Shown here: in pieces, positions 15,292-23,239 of the stretch
Position numbering within the stretch: the first letter of the stretch is position 1
Layout: each line of letters opens with the position of its first letter
Virus genome (UHGV): UHGV-0174115
DNA length: 23,432 bases
From: a virus
Reading direction: 5' to 3' (one strand)
Program-made: the position numbers and the translations under genes
Notes under the pieces: model-generated
What the model was told of the DNA's origin: nothing
Database searches by the model: none
Seen by the model: the letters and a program-made list of their open reading frames with translations, nothing else

Positions 15292-16000
15292 TTATGTTTA
15301 TTTTTCTTCATCTCGGCAACACGTGCAGACCGCAATGCTATCAATAATTTCCACAAGAATTGTACATCAACGTTATACACCCGTGCATAACGCTCACAAG
15401 CAACCCAATCAGCACCTATCAAATCCAAAAAAGCATTCCAGTAAAAGATAGCATCAGGTCGCAATTCAGGACGTTTCTGTACAACACTCGGAACAGATAT
15501 ACCACGTGCAGCCGCCCCTTGTGTAACCCAGTCCAGGTCGTCCCCGTCTGTCTTATCGTTCCACAAGAGGAAGTCGATCAGTTTTTTTCAATCTGTTTTT
15601 CCCATTCGTCCTGGAAAAATGCGGAATTAATTGCAAACTGAATAATACGACTGTAGATCACCTGACCAAAACGTTCATCACTTAACAGTTCAATAGCTTC
15701 TTCAACACTGAATGGTTCCGGTTTGTCATCTTCACCAATCAGTTTCCAGTCCAGCATAAGAACATTAGCCACGAACTTAACACCTTCTGGTGTATATTCC
15801 TGATTCCACAGTTTTTCAAAGAAGTTTTCAGACAACACACCGTTCTGTTTTACATAGTCCGCGACTGTTACGTTATATACCTGGTTAGCGGTGTTCAGGT
15901 TCAACACGGTGATACTGAAATTTTCGTTTAAGATCAGTTCGGCAGAAGACTTTAGCACCAGTGGGGAAAGTGCTTTTTTCAGATGGTCAAATTTTGACAT
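15282..16000 (-). CDS. Tail assembly chaperone G-T fusion product via programmed -1 ribosomal frameshift
   Basis: 0 frame ends ...EKQIEKN*; the -1 frame from slippery heptamer A_AAA_AAC continues ...KKLIDFLLWNDKTDGDD... to the stop at 15282. Classic tail chaperone arrangement upstream of the tape measure. Confidence 0.6.
15578..16000 (-). CDS. Tail assembly chaperone (G-like, 140 aa)
   Basis: Small acidic protein between major tail and tape measure genes; ATG 16000 with AAGG upstream. Confidence 0.65.
   Translation of the reverse strand: MSKFDHLKKALSPLVLKSSAELILNENFSITVLNLNTANQVYNVTVADYVKQNGVLSENFFEKLWNQEYTPEGVKFVANVLMLDWKLIGEDDKPEPFSVEEAIELLSDERFGQVIYSRIIQFAINSAFFQDEWEKQIEKN
15581..15587 (-). 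other. Slippery heptamer A_AAA_AAC for -1 frameshifting (plus strand gtttttt)
   Basis: Heptamer sits in the last codons of the G frame, immediately before its TGA; the -1 frame is open from here for ~98 codons. Confidence 0.6.
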
Positions 16001-16061
16001 GGTTTTTACCTTTTATGTAATAGACGATTAGATAATAATAGTTCTGTACAAATTACGCAAC

Positions 16062-16085
16062 AAAAAAGCCCGGCGTTAACCGGGC
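16062..16085 (-). terminator. Intrinsic terminator after the major tail protein gene (GCCCGG-cgttaa-CCGGGC then U6)
   Basis: Plus strand reads aaaaaaGCCCGGcgttaaCCGGGC; on the minus strand the hairpin is followed by TTTTTT, 21 nt downstream of the major tail stop. Confidence 0.6.
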
Positions 16086-16105
16086 AACCACTACCATCTA
16101 CCAGG

Positions 16106-17563
16106 TCATGCTGTAGGCAAGTACGGGAACAAGCTGAACCCAATCATAAAACCGATCGACTCTTCTTCGTGGGCATTACCGCTAACAGTGACTTTCACTT
16201 TTTCGCCCGTTGCAAGGTTCTTAGAACCGTCGCCCAGTGTCATAGCGGGGATGTTAACCACAATTGCACCGTCACCGTTTACCCCGGCAAGTTCGAAGTT
16301 GACTGTTGCGTTGTTACGGATCGCAGCCAATACAGCACCGTCTGTCATCACCGTTTCAGTTTCCATCGTAATTTCCAGGTTACCGATGTTGGTAAACGCA
16401 GCACCCATCACGCCAAGCACGTTTTCGCCTGACACGTTGTTGTTCACAGTGACAGTAACGTCTTTCAGGAACGTACTGAGACCACTATCATCAATCCCGG
16501 TCAGTCGTACACGGTTCAGGTTCGTTACGGTGTTGTACGCTTCGTTAGCCACGAATTCAACATACCCGGAACCCGGTAGCGCGGTTTCTGACGGTGCTGA
16601 CAAGTCTTGTGCGACAAACGTCAGATCCATTGTCATTTTTTCGGTCAACGGCGCGTTGATCGTCATCTGATTTGCAGCTACAGCACGCGCATATTCATAA
16701 ATAACAGGTGTCGTGTTGTAACGTGCTTCCATCGTGTATTCAGTTTTCACGAACTCTGCAGAATCAACAGGAACGTTTCGAACAAAACTGGAAACAAATA
16801 AACGTACAGTTTTACCCGTACCTTCTTCAGTGGTGAATTCACTGTTAGCGAGAGTCAGAACATGATCACCAACCATAGTCACACGAGCCATTTTACTGGT
16901 TACGGACTGTGTTAGACCATCAATATAAATATACTGTCCAGGTACTAAACCCAGTGTGGAAAAATCCAGGGTGGTAGACGTCAACTGACCATTACTGTTA
17001 ACAGCGATGTCACCAGACGCTGCAGCATACCCCACGAGATATAAACGAGCTTCAGCAGGCGGTGACGCTTCAGCAGTAAGCCCTGACACGTTGATAGCAG
17101 TAGTGGTACTATCAGCGCCTACAGTTTTCAAACCGTTGTTTGCAGCCAGTGTAAAACCTGTTGCATAAACCAGTGCACCTTCAAGCAATGCGGCGTCAAG
17201 AGTAGCAACATTATAAGCGTCAGTACCAACACTGGTAACGTCAATATCAATTGCACCAGCACCGACCCATTTACTATAAAGGAACCCGTCACCCCAGTAG
17301 CGGAACGTATCAAGTGTCAGGTCTGTCTGAAAGCCCGGTGCAACTTCTACGTTAGTTACCGTGCCTTTACGTGCAGATCGGTCCGTACTGATCGGTGTAC
17401 GCTGAGTCTTTGTAATATCAGCACTGTAAGAACTGATTTCATTCGGTTGTTGAACAGTCCAGGGTGTACCAGAAACAGGTTCACAGACTTTTGCCACACT
17501 GAGTCGTGTTGCGTTTACATCAGCCGCAGGTGTTTGCGAACATTTAAAAATTGATTCAGCCAT
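16106..17563 (-). CDS. Major tail (tube) protein, 485 aa
   Basis: Large Thr/Val/Ala/Gly-rich beta-type protein directly upstream of the chaperone pair and followed by a terminator; size suggests an extra (possibly Ig-like) domain. Confidence 0.6.
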   Translation of the reverse strand: MAESIFKCSQTPAADVNATRLSVAKVCEPVSGTPWTVQQPNEISSYSADITKTQRTPISTDRSARKGTVTNVEVAPGFQTDLTLDTFRYWGDGFLYSKWVGAGAIDIDVTSVGTDAYNVATLDAALLEGALVYATGFTLAANNGLKTVGADSTTTAINVSGLTAEASPPAEARLYLVGYAAASGDIAVNSNGQLTSTTLDFSTLGLVPGQYIYIDGLTQSVTSKMARVTMVGDHVLTLANSEFTTEEGTGKTVRLFVSSFVRNVPVDSAEFVKTEYTMEARYNTTPVIYEYARAVAANQMTINAPLTEKMTMDLTFVAQDLSAPSETALPGSGYVEFVANEAYNTVTNLNRVRLTGIDDSGLSTFLKDVTVTVNNNVSGENVLGVMGAAFTNIGNLEITMETETVMTDGAVLAAIRNNATVNFELAGVNGDGAIVVNIPAMTLGDGSKNLATGEKVKVTVSGNAHEEESIGFMIGFSLFPYLPTA

Positions 17564-17599
17564 TGTTCTAAGCCTCGTTTGATTGCAATCATTCGTAGT

Positions 17600-18022
17600 T
17601 TAATATATTTCTTCGTATTCGTAACTAAGTACGACGTTCGTTAAAAACCACGCGTTATCACGACCCTGATGACGAATATCAACACTCGTGTAAATTAACG
17701 GGTGATCCTGCCAGACACCTTCAAATAATTTTGCAAGCCGATCCGCAATATCAATACTCAAAGTGTCCATACCATACTGAGCAGGTGTGCGTACCTGTAA
17801 AAAAACGTTTCCTGTTCTTAAACGACGACGACAAACACCTTCCCCACCCAGCGTGGTTATTGTCCACGGACCGGGATTGTGTGTCAGAATCAGACCTGGT
17901 TTTTCTGTAGTGTCGTCAGGAAGTTGACCAGAAGCGATTGTAAATCTGTCAGGCGTAATTTCCACAGGAAGATTCGCCAGAACGCGATTATAAACAATTC
18001 CTGAAACATCTGAGAGTGTCAT
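17600..18022 (-). CDS. Neck/tail terminator-like protein (by position)
   Basis: 141-aa gene directly upstream of the major tail gene; start overlaps upstream stop. Confidence 0.4.
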   Translation of the reverse strand: MTLSDVSGIVYNRVLANLPVEITPDRFTIASGQLPDDTTEKPGLILTHNPGPWTITTLGGEGVCRRRLRTGNVFLQVRTPAQYGMDTLSIDIADRLAKLFEGVWQDHPLIYTSVDIRHQGRDNAWFLTNVVLSYEYEEIY

Positions 18023-18453
18023 CACTGATTAAACCTCACCATTATTCCGGCTTTTAATATAGCACGTTCGACAAACCCGGAAGGTGTCTGTGTACTGCTA
18101 CCACCATTGAGAACCCCAATGTAAGGAACGTTGTTAGTAATATGCAGTTCCTGACCATTAACTTTAATACTGCTGATAGTGACCGTATCCTGTTCGACAC
18201 GTGCTTTACTGGCTTCAACATTACCTGTTGGTGTATCAGGACTATTAGCGGGTTGTCCCTGATCGAACCACCAGTTGTTGCTTGCCCAGCCTGTATCTAC
18301 AGGTGTACCGTCAGGTGGTTCACTGACAAGAATATTACGTAACGTCAGGACATACCGGATGACTTCACGATCGGTAAAATCTCGCAGGTCAGCTTTAATG
18401 TCTTTAAAGACACCTGTTATACGGTTTATGTCATTAACGTTAGCCTTAGCCAT
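18022..18453 (-). CDS. Head-tail joining (neck) protein (by position)
   Basis: 143 aa from ATG 18453, one nt after the upstream TGA; GGAG ~11 nt upstream. Confidence 0.4.
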   Translation of the reverse strand: MAKANVNDINRITGVFKDIKADLRDFTDREVIRYVLTLRNILVSEPPDGTPVDTGWASNNWWFDQGQPANSPDTPTGNVEASKARVEQDTVTISSIKVNGQELHITNNVPYIGVLNGGSSTQTPSGFVERAILKAGIMVRFNQ

Positions 18454-18454
18454 A

Positions 18455-18829
18455 TCAGGCCGCTCCAACAGGGTGAATAAATGCCATATCATCCCCTAAC
18501 AATCGTGGGTTTTGACGATCAAGAAGGCGATATTCTTTACCACGTTCATCAACCACAACATCACCCCGATCAGGAACAAATCGCGGTTCAAAACTCTGAC
18601 TATCCATAATTACCATCGTTGTGGTTATTCTGGTCATAGTAGTCGGATCCCACTTTTCTAATGGGTAAATATAACCACGACAGGTGTGTGATTCAGTAAC
18701 GGTTGTACCCGGTAATGTAGGATTAGACGGGTTGGGAACTGTTGTCACACGTTTTACCGTCAAATCTTCACCTACTTCAGCAAGTGCACGAGTAACACCT
18801 TTCAGGACACTTTGACGTTTGTCTGCCAT
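18455..18829 (-). CDS. Head closure / head-tail adaptor-like protein (by position)
   Basis: ~124 aa; ATG 18829 overlaps upstream TGA. Confidence 0.4.
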   Translation of the reverse strand: MADKRQSVLKGVTRALAEVGEDLTVKRVTTVPNPSNPTLPGTTVTESHTCRGYIYPLEKWDPTTMTRITTTMVIMDSQSFEPRFVPDRGDVVVDERGKEYRLLDRQNPRLLGDDMAFIHPVGAA

Positions 18830-19239
18830 CACCGTTCACCCTCGTTAAGTGCACGACCACCGCTTTCAAGTGTTACAGGTGGGTTGTCGAACTGACCACG
18901 TTGAATAGCAGGTTGCATACCAGCGCCAGTTAATGTAGCTCCACCAACACCCATAAAACTACCTAACAAACCGCCACCTGAATCAGCGCCAGTATTAATA
19001 CGTAAAATAAAATCTTTTTTAAGTTTATTCCAGGCGTCTGCTGACTGACTACTGCTGAGTGAGATCGGACCTACTTTAATATCAGTATCGTTGCTGGCAA
19101 TAGACGCCATATAATCACAGAGAGCGACGCAAATACTGAGAGGATTTGTATAACCGTTGTCAATGTACCACTGAATTTGTTCATCAGTAACATCAGGGAC
19201 ACTGATCAAATAACGAATACCTTCAACTGTAATAGCCAT
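18829..19239 (-). CDS. Hypothetical structural (connector-region) protein, 136 aa, Gly-rich C-terminus
   Basis: Start taken as ATG 19239 (AGGTGA 4 nt upstream); the longer track ORF (to 19413) would read through an intrinsic terminator hairpin. Confidence 0.4.
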   Translation of the reverse strand: MAITVEGIRYLISVPDVTDEQIQWYIDNGYTNPLSICVALCDYMASIASNDTDIKVGPISLSSSQSADAWNKLKKDFILRINTGADSGGGLLGSFMGVGGATLTGAGMQPAIQRGQFDNPPVTLESGGRALNEGER

Positions 19240-19278
19240 GTGATCACCTGTGAGAAATGTTTTCGTTATATTAGCACG

Positions 19279-19304
19279 AAAAAAAGCCGTCTTAAACAGA
19301 CGGC
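19279..19304 (-). terminator. Intrinsic terminator (GCCGTCT-gttta-AGACGGC then U7 on minus-strand RNA)
   Basis: Plus strand reads aaaaaaaGCCGTCTtaaacAGACGGC; on the minus strand a 7-bp GC-rich stem is followed by 7 T. Lies at the 3' end of the non-coding island, ~40 nt upstream of the next gene start. Confidence 0.6.
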
Positions 19305-19328
19305 AAATGGCTCTGGGTGATAATGAGG

Positions 19329-19408
19329 GTTTTACATAACTGGTCATCCACACCTGACGTCCCAACATACCCCTATGCGTGACACGTGAATAACCAGTTA
19401 TGTAAAAC
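19329..19408. repeat. 16-bp perfect inverted repeat (gttttacataactggt / accagttatgtaaaac) separated by 48 nt
   Basis: Arms at 19329-19344 and 19393-19408 read directly; spacer contains the palindromes gacgtc and cacgtg. Confidence 0.7.
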
Positions 19409-19718
19409 GACACGCAGTTCAGGATGTTTCACAACATGCTTTACCCACGATTTGCGGCTTTCCCGCCAGCAAGATAAGGATCACCTCCTTATCAGCGAGT
19501 GTTTGGTTGCAGTGCCAGGCGCTTATCTTCTGGTTGTTTCTGAGAACTGCAATTCACCACAACGATAAGAGCACTGAGATGTATGATAATCGTCGCAGCA
19601 CCACTTTAAACAACTCAATGCTCTTACCTGTTGTGTGCCGGTTACGTTTATCCGGCGTCTTTCGACCGATTAAGTGGTAGTGTCTGCTATGCAGTTCTGT
19701 CACTGACTTAACAATAGG

Positions 19719-20072
19719 TCAAGAATAGTTATATGTCAAGCCTTGTGATTCACACCATTCAGCAGCGGCACTTTTACTGCTGAATGATTCTGAATTCATC
19801 GGCATACCCATAACATAAACGTTATAGGTTTTTGGCGCGTCACGTCGGATTTCAGCCGCAGTGGTTGATGCCGATTCTTCGGTTGCTACAGTCACTGGTT
19901 CTTCAACGGTCACAGTAGCTGGTTCAATGTGGCGCATACGCACAAGGGCATTTAAAACAGCCGGGATAGCTTTTGATGTTGATACTTTATCGCCAGCGGA
20001 CATCTGTTTACCGTTCCACAGCATCGGACGGGTGAAAACATATTTCAGTGACGGATCATATGAATTACGCAT
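19719..20072 (-). CDS. Hypothetical protein (117 aa) downstream of the major capsid gene
   Basis: ATG 20072 with GAGG 9 nt upstream, just after the capsid-gene terminator; the longer track ORF (to 20315) would overlap the capsid gene 3' end. Confidence 0.5.
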   Translation of the reverse strand: MRNSYDPSLKYVFTRPMLWNGKQMSAGDKVSTSKAIPAVLNALVRMRHIEPATVTVEEPVTVATEESASTTAAEIRRDAPKTYNVYVMGMPMNSESFSSKSAAAEWCESQGLTYNYS

Positions 20073-20087
20073 GATTTTAACCTCATG

Positions 20088-20117
20088 AAAAAAAAGGGGC
20101 AGCATAAGCCACCCCTT
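20088..20117 (-). terminator. Intrinsic terminator after the major capsid gene
   Basis: On the minus strand an imperfect stem (4 G:C pairs, two mismatches, 2 more pairs, loop of 4) is followed by T8; lies 20 nt past the capsid stop. Confidence 0.55.
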
Positions 20118-20136
20118 AATAATACCACAGTTGTTA

Positions 20137-21156
20137 TTAAACCGCGTCGTAGAACAGAACGCCCAGGTCAGGTGCAACCATCTGAACATCAATGGCAAAT
20201 TCCGCTTCAACGAAATTACCACGGCGACCTTCAACACCCGGGTAGGTGCGGATAGACGGACCGTTGTTAACACCCAGACCGATGAACTCGTTCCACACGA
20301 AGCCCGCAGCAGCAACAGGTTTCATATTACCAACAGTCGGTTCAACATAGTTGAGCATCAGTACACCAGTTTTAGCAAACTGGAAGTCTGACAGCGGATT
20401 GCCGTCACCGTCTTCAACGCCATCAGTAGCCATGTTAACCACGGACTGCATGATTTCCAGTTCGTCAACTTCCAGCAGTGCAGCCAGTGCCTGTTTAGTC
20501 ACGATCCCCGGATTCTGAGTGGTAGAACCACCATTAATGCGGTCAATAACAGCCGAGCTACGGGTCAGTGCGTCATACACGTCCAGCGTCATCAGTGCTT
20601 TGTTCCAGCGACGACCACCGGATGCCAGAGAGAACGCAACACGACGTGACAGGATATCACCAATCGGATCGGCATTCGCATTAGACCATTTCAGGAATTC
20701 ACCCGTGGACGGAGACGCGTTTTTACCCTGGAAATCAAGACCCCATTTACCAGCGGTCAGGAATTTTTCAGCAAAATCCACTTCTTTGTTGATCAGTAAC
20801 GCATCTGTGGTTACTGCTGATGCTTCCATATCCAGTTGCTGACCGTTCTGAACGTTTGCACGTTTTTTGTCAGAAATGAAGATACGGATCGCATCGTCAT
20901 CAACAGTGTAACCCTGGTTTTTGGTTTTATAACCAATAGTGTTAGCAACACCATCTTCGGCACGTTTGGAGTTAACCGGACGACCGAAATAACCTTTCGG
21001 GTAAGTCAGAAACTTACCAGCAGCCTGATTAACAGGAACTACCGGGAAATAACGAGTACCGACAAACAGTGATGTATCCTGCCAGTAACTTACAGAAAAG
21101 TTAGACAGGAATGTATCTGGTGCGCCAACGTCGCGAAAATTCTGTTTGTAACTCAT
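20137..21156 (-). CDS. Major capsid protein (339 aa)
   Basis: Position after protease-like/scaffold-like/decoration-like genes (lambda C-Nu3-D-E-like order), strong AAGGAG RBS 8 nt upstream of ATG 21156, terminator immediately downstream, typical size. Confidence 0.7.
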   Translation of the reverse strand: MSYKQNFRDVGAPDTFLSNFSVSYWQDTSLFVGTRYFPVVPVNQAAGKFLTYPKGYFGRPVNSKRAEDGVANTIGYKTKNQGYTVDDDAIRIFISDKKRANVQNGQQLDMEASAVTTDALLINKEVDFAEKFLTAGKWGLDFQGKNASPSTGEFLKWSNANADPIGDILSRRVAFSLASGGRRWNKALMTLDVYDALTRSSAVIDRINGGSTTQNPGIVTKQALAALLEVDELEIMQSVVNMATDGVEDGDGNPLSDFQFAKTGVLMLNYVEPTVGNMKPVAAAGFVWNEFIGLGVNNGPSIRTYPGVEGRRGNFVEAEFAIDVQMVAPDLGVLFYDAV

Positions 21157-21159
21157 CGG

Positions 21160-21570
21160 TTATGCTCCTTTAGAATACGGTGCAATAAGTAATGCGGTAA
21201 CTACCTGGTTTTCAGCAGTGGCATCAGTTTGAGAAATAGCCACAACCAGTTGATCAGTAGTAGCGGTCTGGAATCGTCCGTCAGCACCAACAGCAAGCTC
21301 AACACCTGTGGCGAACGTTGCAGCGGCTTTTACTGGTACGAATTTTTCTTTTTCATTCACCAGGTCAAAGAATACACCTGCTGCGACATCATCAACCGCC
21401 ACACCGTCAATACGACCGCCAGCCGTTGGGAGTTTGTATTTAGGTACACATTGGTTAGTGTCACCTAAACTGGTATCCAGAACAAGACCAACACCTGCCG
21501 AAATAGCCACGGATGCAACGGCACGGGTCGGGCGCTCATAGTTCCAGTAGATTTTGCTGTTCTTAGCCAT
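21160..21570 (-). CDS. Head decoration-like protein (DUF2190-like composition)
   Basis: 136 aa, Ala/Gly/Val-rich (GVAVDDVAAG, GVELAVGADG), immediately upstream of the major capsid gene; start overlaps upstream stop. Confidence 0.45.
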   Translation of the reverse strand: MAKNSKIYWNYERPTRAVASVAISAGVGLVLDTSLGDTNQCVPKYKLPTAGGRIDGVAVDDVAAGVFFDLVNEKEKFVPVKAAATFATGVELAVGADGRFQTATTDQLVVAISQTDATAENQVVTALLIAPYSKGA

Positions 21571-22829
21571 TATTCGTCACCTCGCATCGCTTCGATTGCT
21601 TCCTGACCTTTTTTAGTTGCAGAAATGGCCTGCATAGCCTGGGTGCGTGTTTTACCCGGATTTGCTTTCAGCCATTCGTTGATCATGTCTTCCAGTGCAC
21701 TGGAACCTTTACCACTGCCGTTCGGCGCGGCTGGTTCTTTACGTGCTTTCCAGAGTTCGTCGGCCTGTTTGAGTTTTTCAACCAGGAAGTTACGATCCGC
21801 TTCCGGCAAACGCTCAAGAGTCATGACCATCTGGGTTTTCTGTACCATTTCACCCGGAATGTGTGCGAAATCAGCGTTCACGGTTTTTTCAGCTTTCGCC
21901 AGTGCCGCTTCAGTCTGTGCTTTGCGAAGTTGTTCGTCCTGAGATTTCAGAACGTCATACATCGGACCAGCTACAGATTTCTGAACAACCTGACCAGCAA
22001 TCGTGGTAAACGATTCATCAGCCTGTTTAGCCATCGTCACGAGGGCATCGCGAGCAGTCGCATCCATTTTACGGAATGCTTCCTGATCAGATTCAGGCAG
22101 AGAATTATGATACGCCTTATGGACGTCGTTCATCTCAGCCAGGGCTTTGTATTTTTCCAGTTCGGACATTTCGATTTCCTCTGCCGTTTTTAAAACTTGA
22201 GGTACTTCCTGGTCCGGGTGTAATTTTTTCCACGCGGATCGGACTTTGTTTTTCACACCTGCTAAATCGGCTTCAGGGATTTCAACTTTGTTACCGTGAT
22301 AACCCGGACCTAATGCAGCAAGTGCAGCGCCTACAATACGCGCATCAGGTTCACCGCCAGGGGTAGCTGTTAAACGAAGTTTCCAGGTTGAAGGTTTTTC
22401 TGGATCTGGTACATATGCATAATCAGATGCCGGGAAAACTTCACCGTCTTCAGTTTTACCACCTTTCGCTTTATTCATCGAAATACCAGCGGCCTGTTGC
22501 AACGTTATAATATATTCATTTACCGCGTCACGCAATGCTGCTTGTTTATCGGTAACAGAATCATCTTTTGCAATATCCTCTGCTGCTTCATAAAGCGCAT
22601 CGTTCAACATCCACGAATTAGAGAGGAAATCGCGAACTTTCTGTTCAAGTTCTTTTTCAGCCAGTGCTGCACTGAATGTTGACTTTAAAAGAGCAACGGC
22701 TGGCGGTTCTGAATGTGATTTAAGAACAAGAGCGTTTGCTCCCTCGTGAGCAGGTTTTGTCACGCCGGACAGAAAACCGATCTTCATCGATTTAGCGCGG
22801 CGTAAATGATTAGTACCATCTGTACGCAT
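21570..22829 (-). CDS. Scaffolding-like protein (419 aa, Ala/Lys/Glu-rich helical)
   Basis: Low-complexity helical composition and position between the XkdF-like and decoration-like genes; start overlaps upstream stop (TAATG). Confidence 0.5.
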   Translation of the reverse strand: MRTDGTNHLRRAKSMKIGFLSGVTKPAHEGANALVLKSHSEPPAVALLKSTFSAALAEKELEQKVRDFLSNSWMLNDALYEAAEDIAKDDSVTDKQAALRDAVNEYIITLQQAAGISMNKAKGGKTEDGEVFPASDYAYVPDPEKPSTWKLRLTATPGGEPDARIVGAALAALGPGYHGNKVEIPEADLAGVKNKVRSAWKKLHPDQEVPQVLKTAEEIEMSELEKYKALAEMNDVHKAYHNSLPESDQEAFRKMDATARDALVTMAKQADESFTTIAGQVVQKSVAGPMYDVLKSQDEQLRKAQTEAALAKAEKTVNADFAHIPGEMVQKTQMVMTLERLPEADRNFLVEKLKQADELWKARKEPAAPNGSGKGSSALEDMINEWLKANPGKTRTQAMQAISATKKGQEAIEAMRGDE

Positions 22830-23239
22830 TATTCCACATCCTCATAATATGCAGTTCCACCGATACTATATCCCGTATATTCACCAGTCTGAAACTTTTT
22901 CAAAACTTCGTCATCAGTTATCAACGTACCAACAATGACGCCTGTCTGATCCAGTTTATCAACCAGCCCAAAACTTGCCGCAATGTCTTCAGTCATCGGG
23001 AACGCAAACACAACTTTCCCAACAGGTTGTTCATTGTGCATATTGTCCATGATGCGCTGGTCAGAATTCATAAAGTCCAGCCATGCTTTCAGAGTGACAT
23101 CCTCGGGAAATTGTTCGTTGTCCGTGTCTGTGTAAATTTCTAACTGACCTGTCTCCTGATTACGTTTTTTACAGATACTACCCCAACCGAATACCATACG
23201 TAGTGAGTTGTCAACCTTATTAACTTTTACGTTAATCAC
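22829..23239 (-). CDS. XkdF-like protein (putative prohead protease / head morphogenesis)
   Basis: 136 aa with MVFGWGS ... GYSIGG pattern recalled for the XkdF family; GTG start 23239 (GAGGA ~9 nt upstream) overlaps upstream stop as GTGA. Confidence 0.5.
   Translation of the reverse strand: MINVKVNKVDNSLRMVFGWGSICKKRNQETGQLEIYTDTDNEQFPEDVTLKAWLDFMNSDQRIMDNMHNEQPVGKVVFAFPMTEDIAASFGLVDKLDQTGVIVGTLITDDEVLKKFQTGEYTGYSIGGTAYYEDVE

Noticed and set aside
16169-17313. Plus-strand ORFs (up to 160 aa) and a 61-aa minus-strand ORF inside the major tail gene
   Set aside because: Antisense or out of frame to a well-positioned structural gene; Thr/Val/Ser-rich translations typical of shadow frames.
18829-19413. 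Long form (194 aa) of the connector-region gene
   Set aside because: The N-terminal extension reads through an intrinsic terminator hairpin and U-tract; the internal ATG at 19239 has a proper RBS, so the short form was preferred.
19386-19568. 60-aa plus-strand ORF inside the non-coding island
   Set aside because: GTG start without an RBS, antisense to the surrounding operon, Cys-rich low-complexity translation; treated as a chance ORF.
19600-19718. Possible tRNA gene in the non-coding island (T-loop-like tcgaaag)
   Set aside because: No matching T-stem, acceptor stem or anticodon arm could be built by eye; needs a tRNA scan for a definitive answer.
19719-20315. Long form (198 aa) of the post-capsid gene
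   Set aside because: The extension overlaps the major capsid 3' end and the capsid terminator out of frame; the internal ATG at 20072 with a GAGG RBS was preferred.
21229-22682. Plus-strand ORFs (61-110 aa) opposite the decoration-like and scaffold-like genes
   Set aside because: Antisense to the continuous head operon; no RBS, and Cys/Phe/Ser-rich low-complexity translations.
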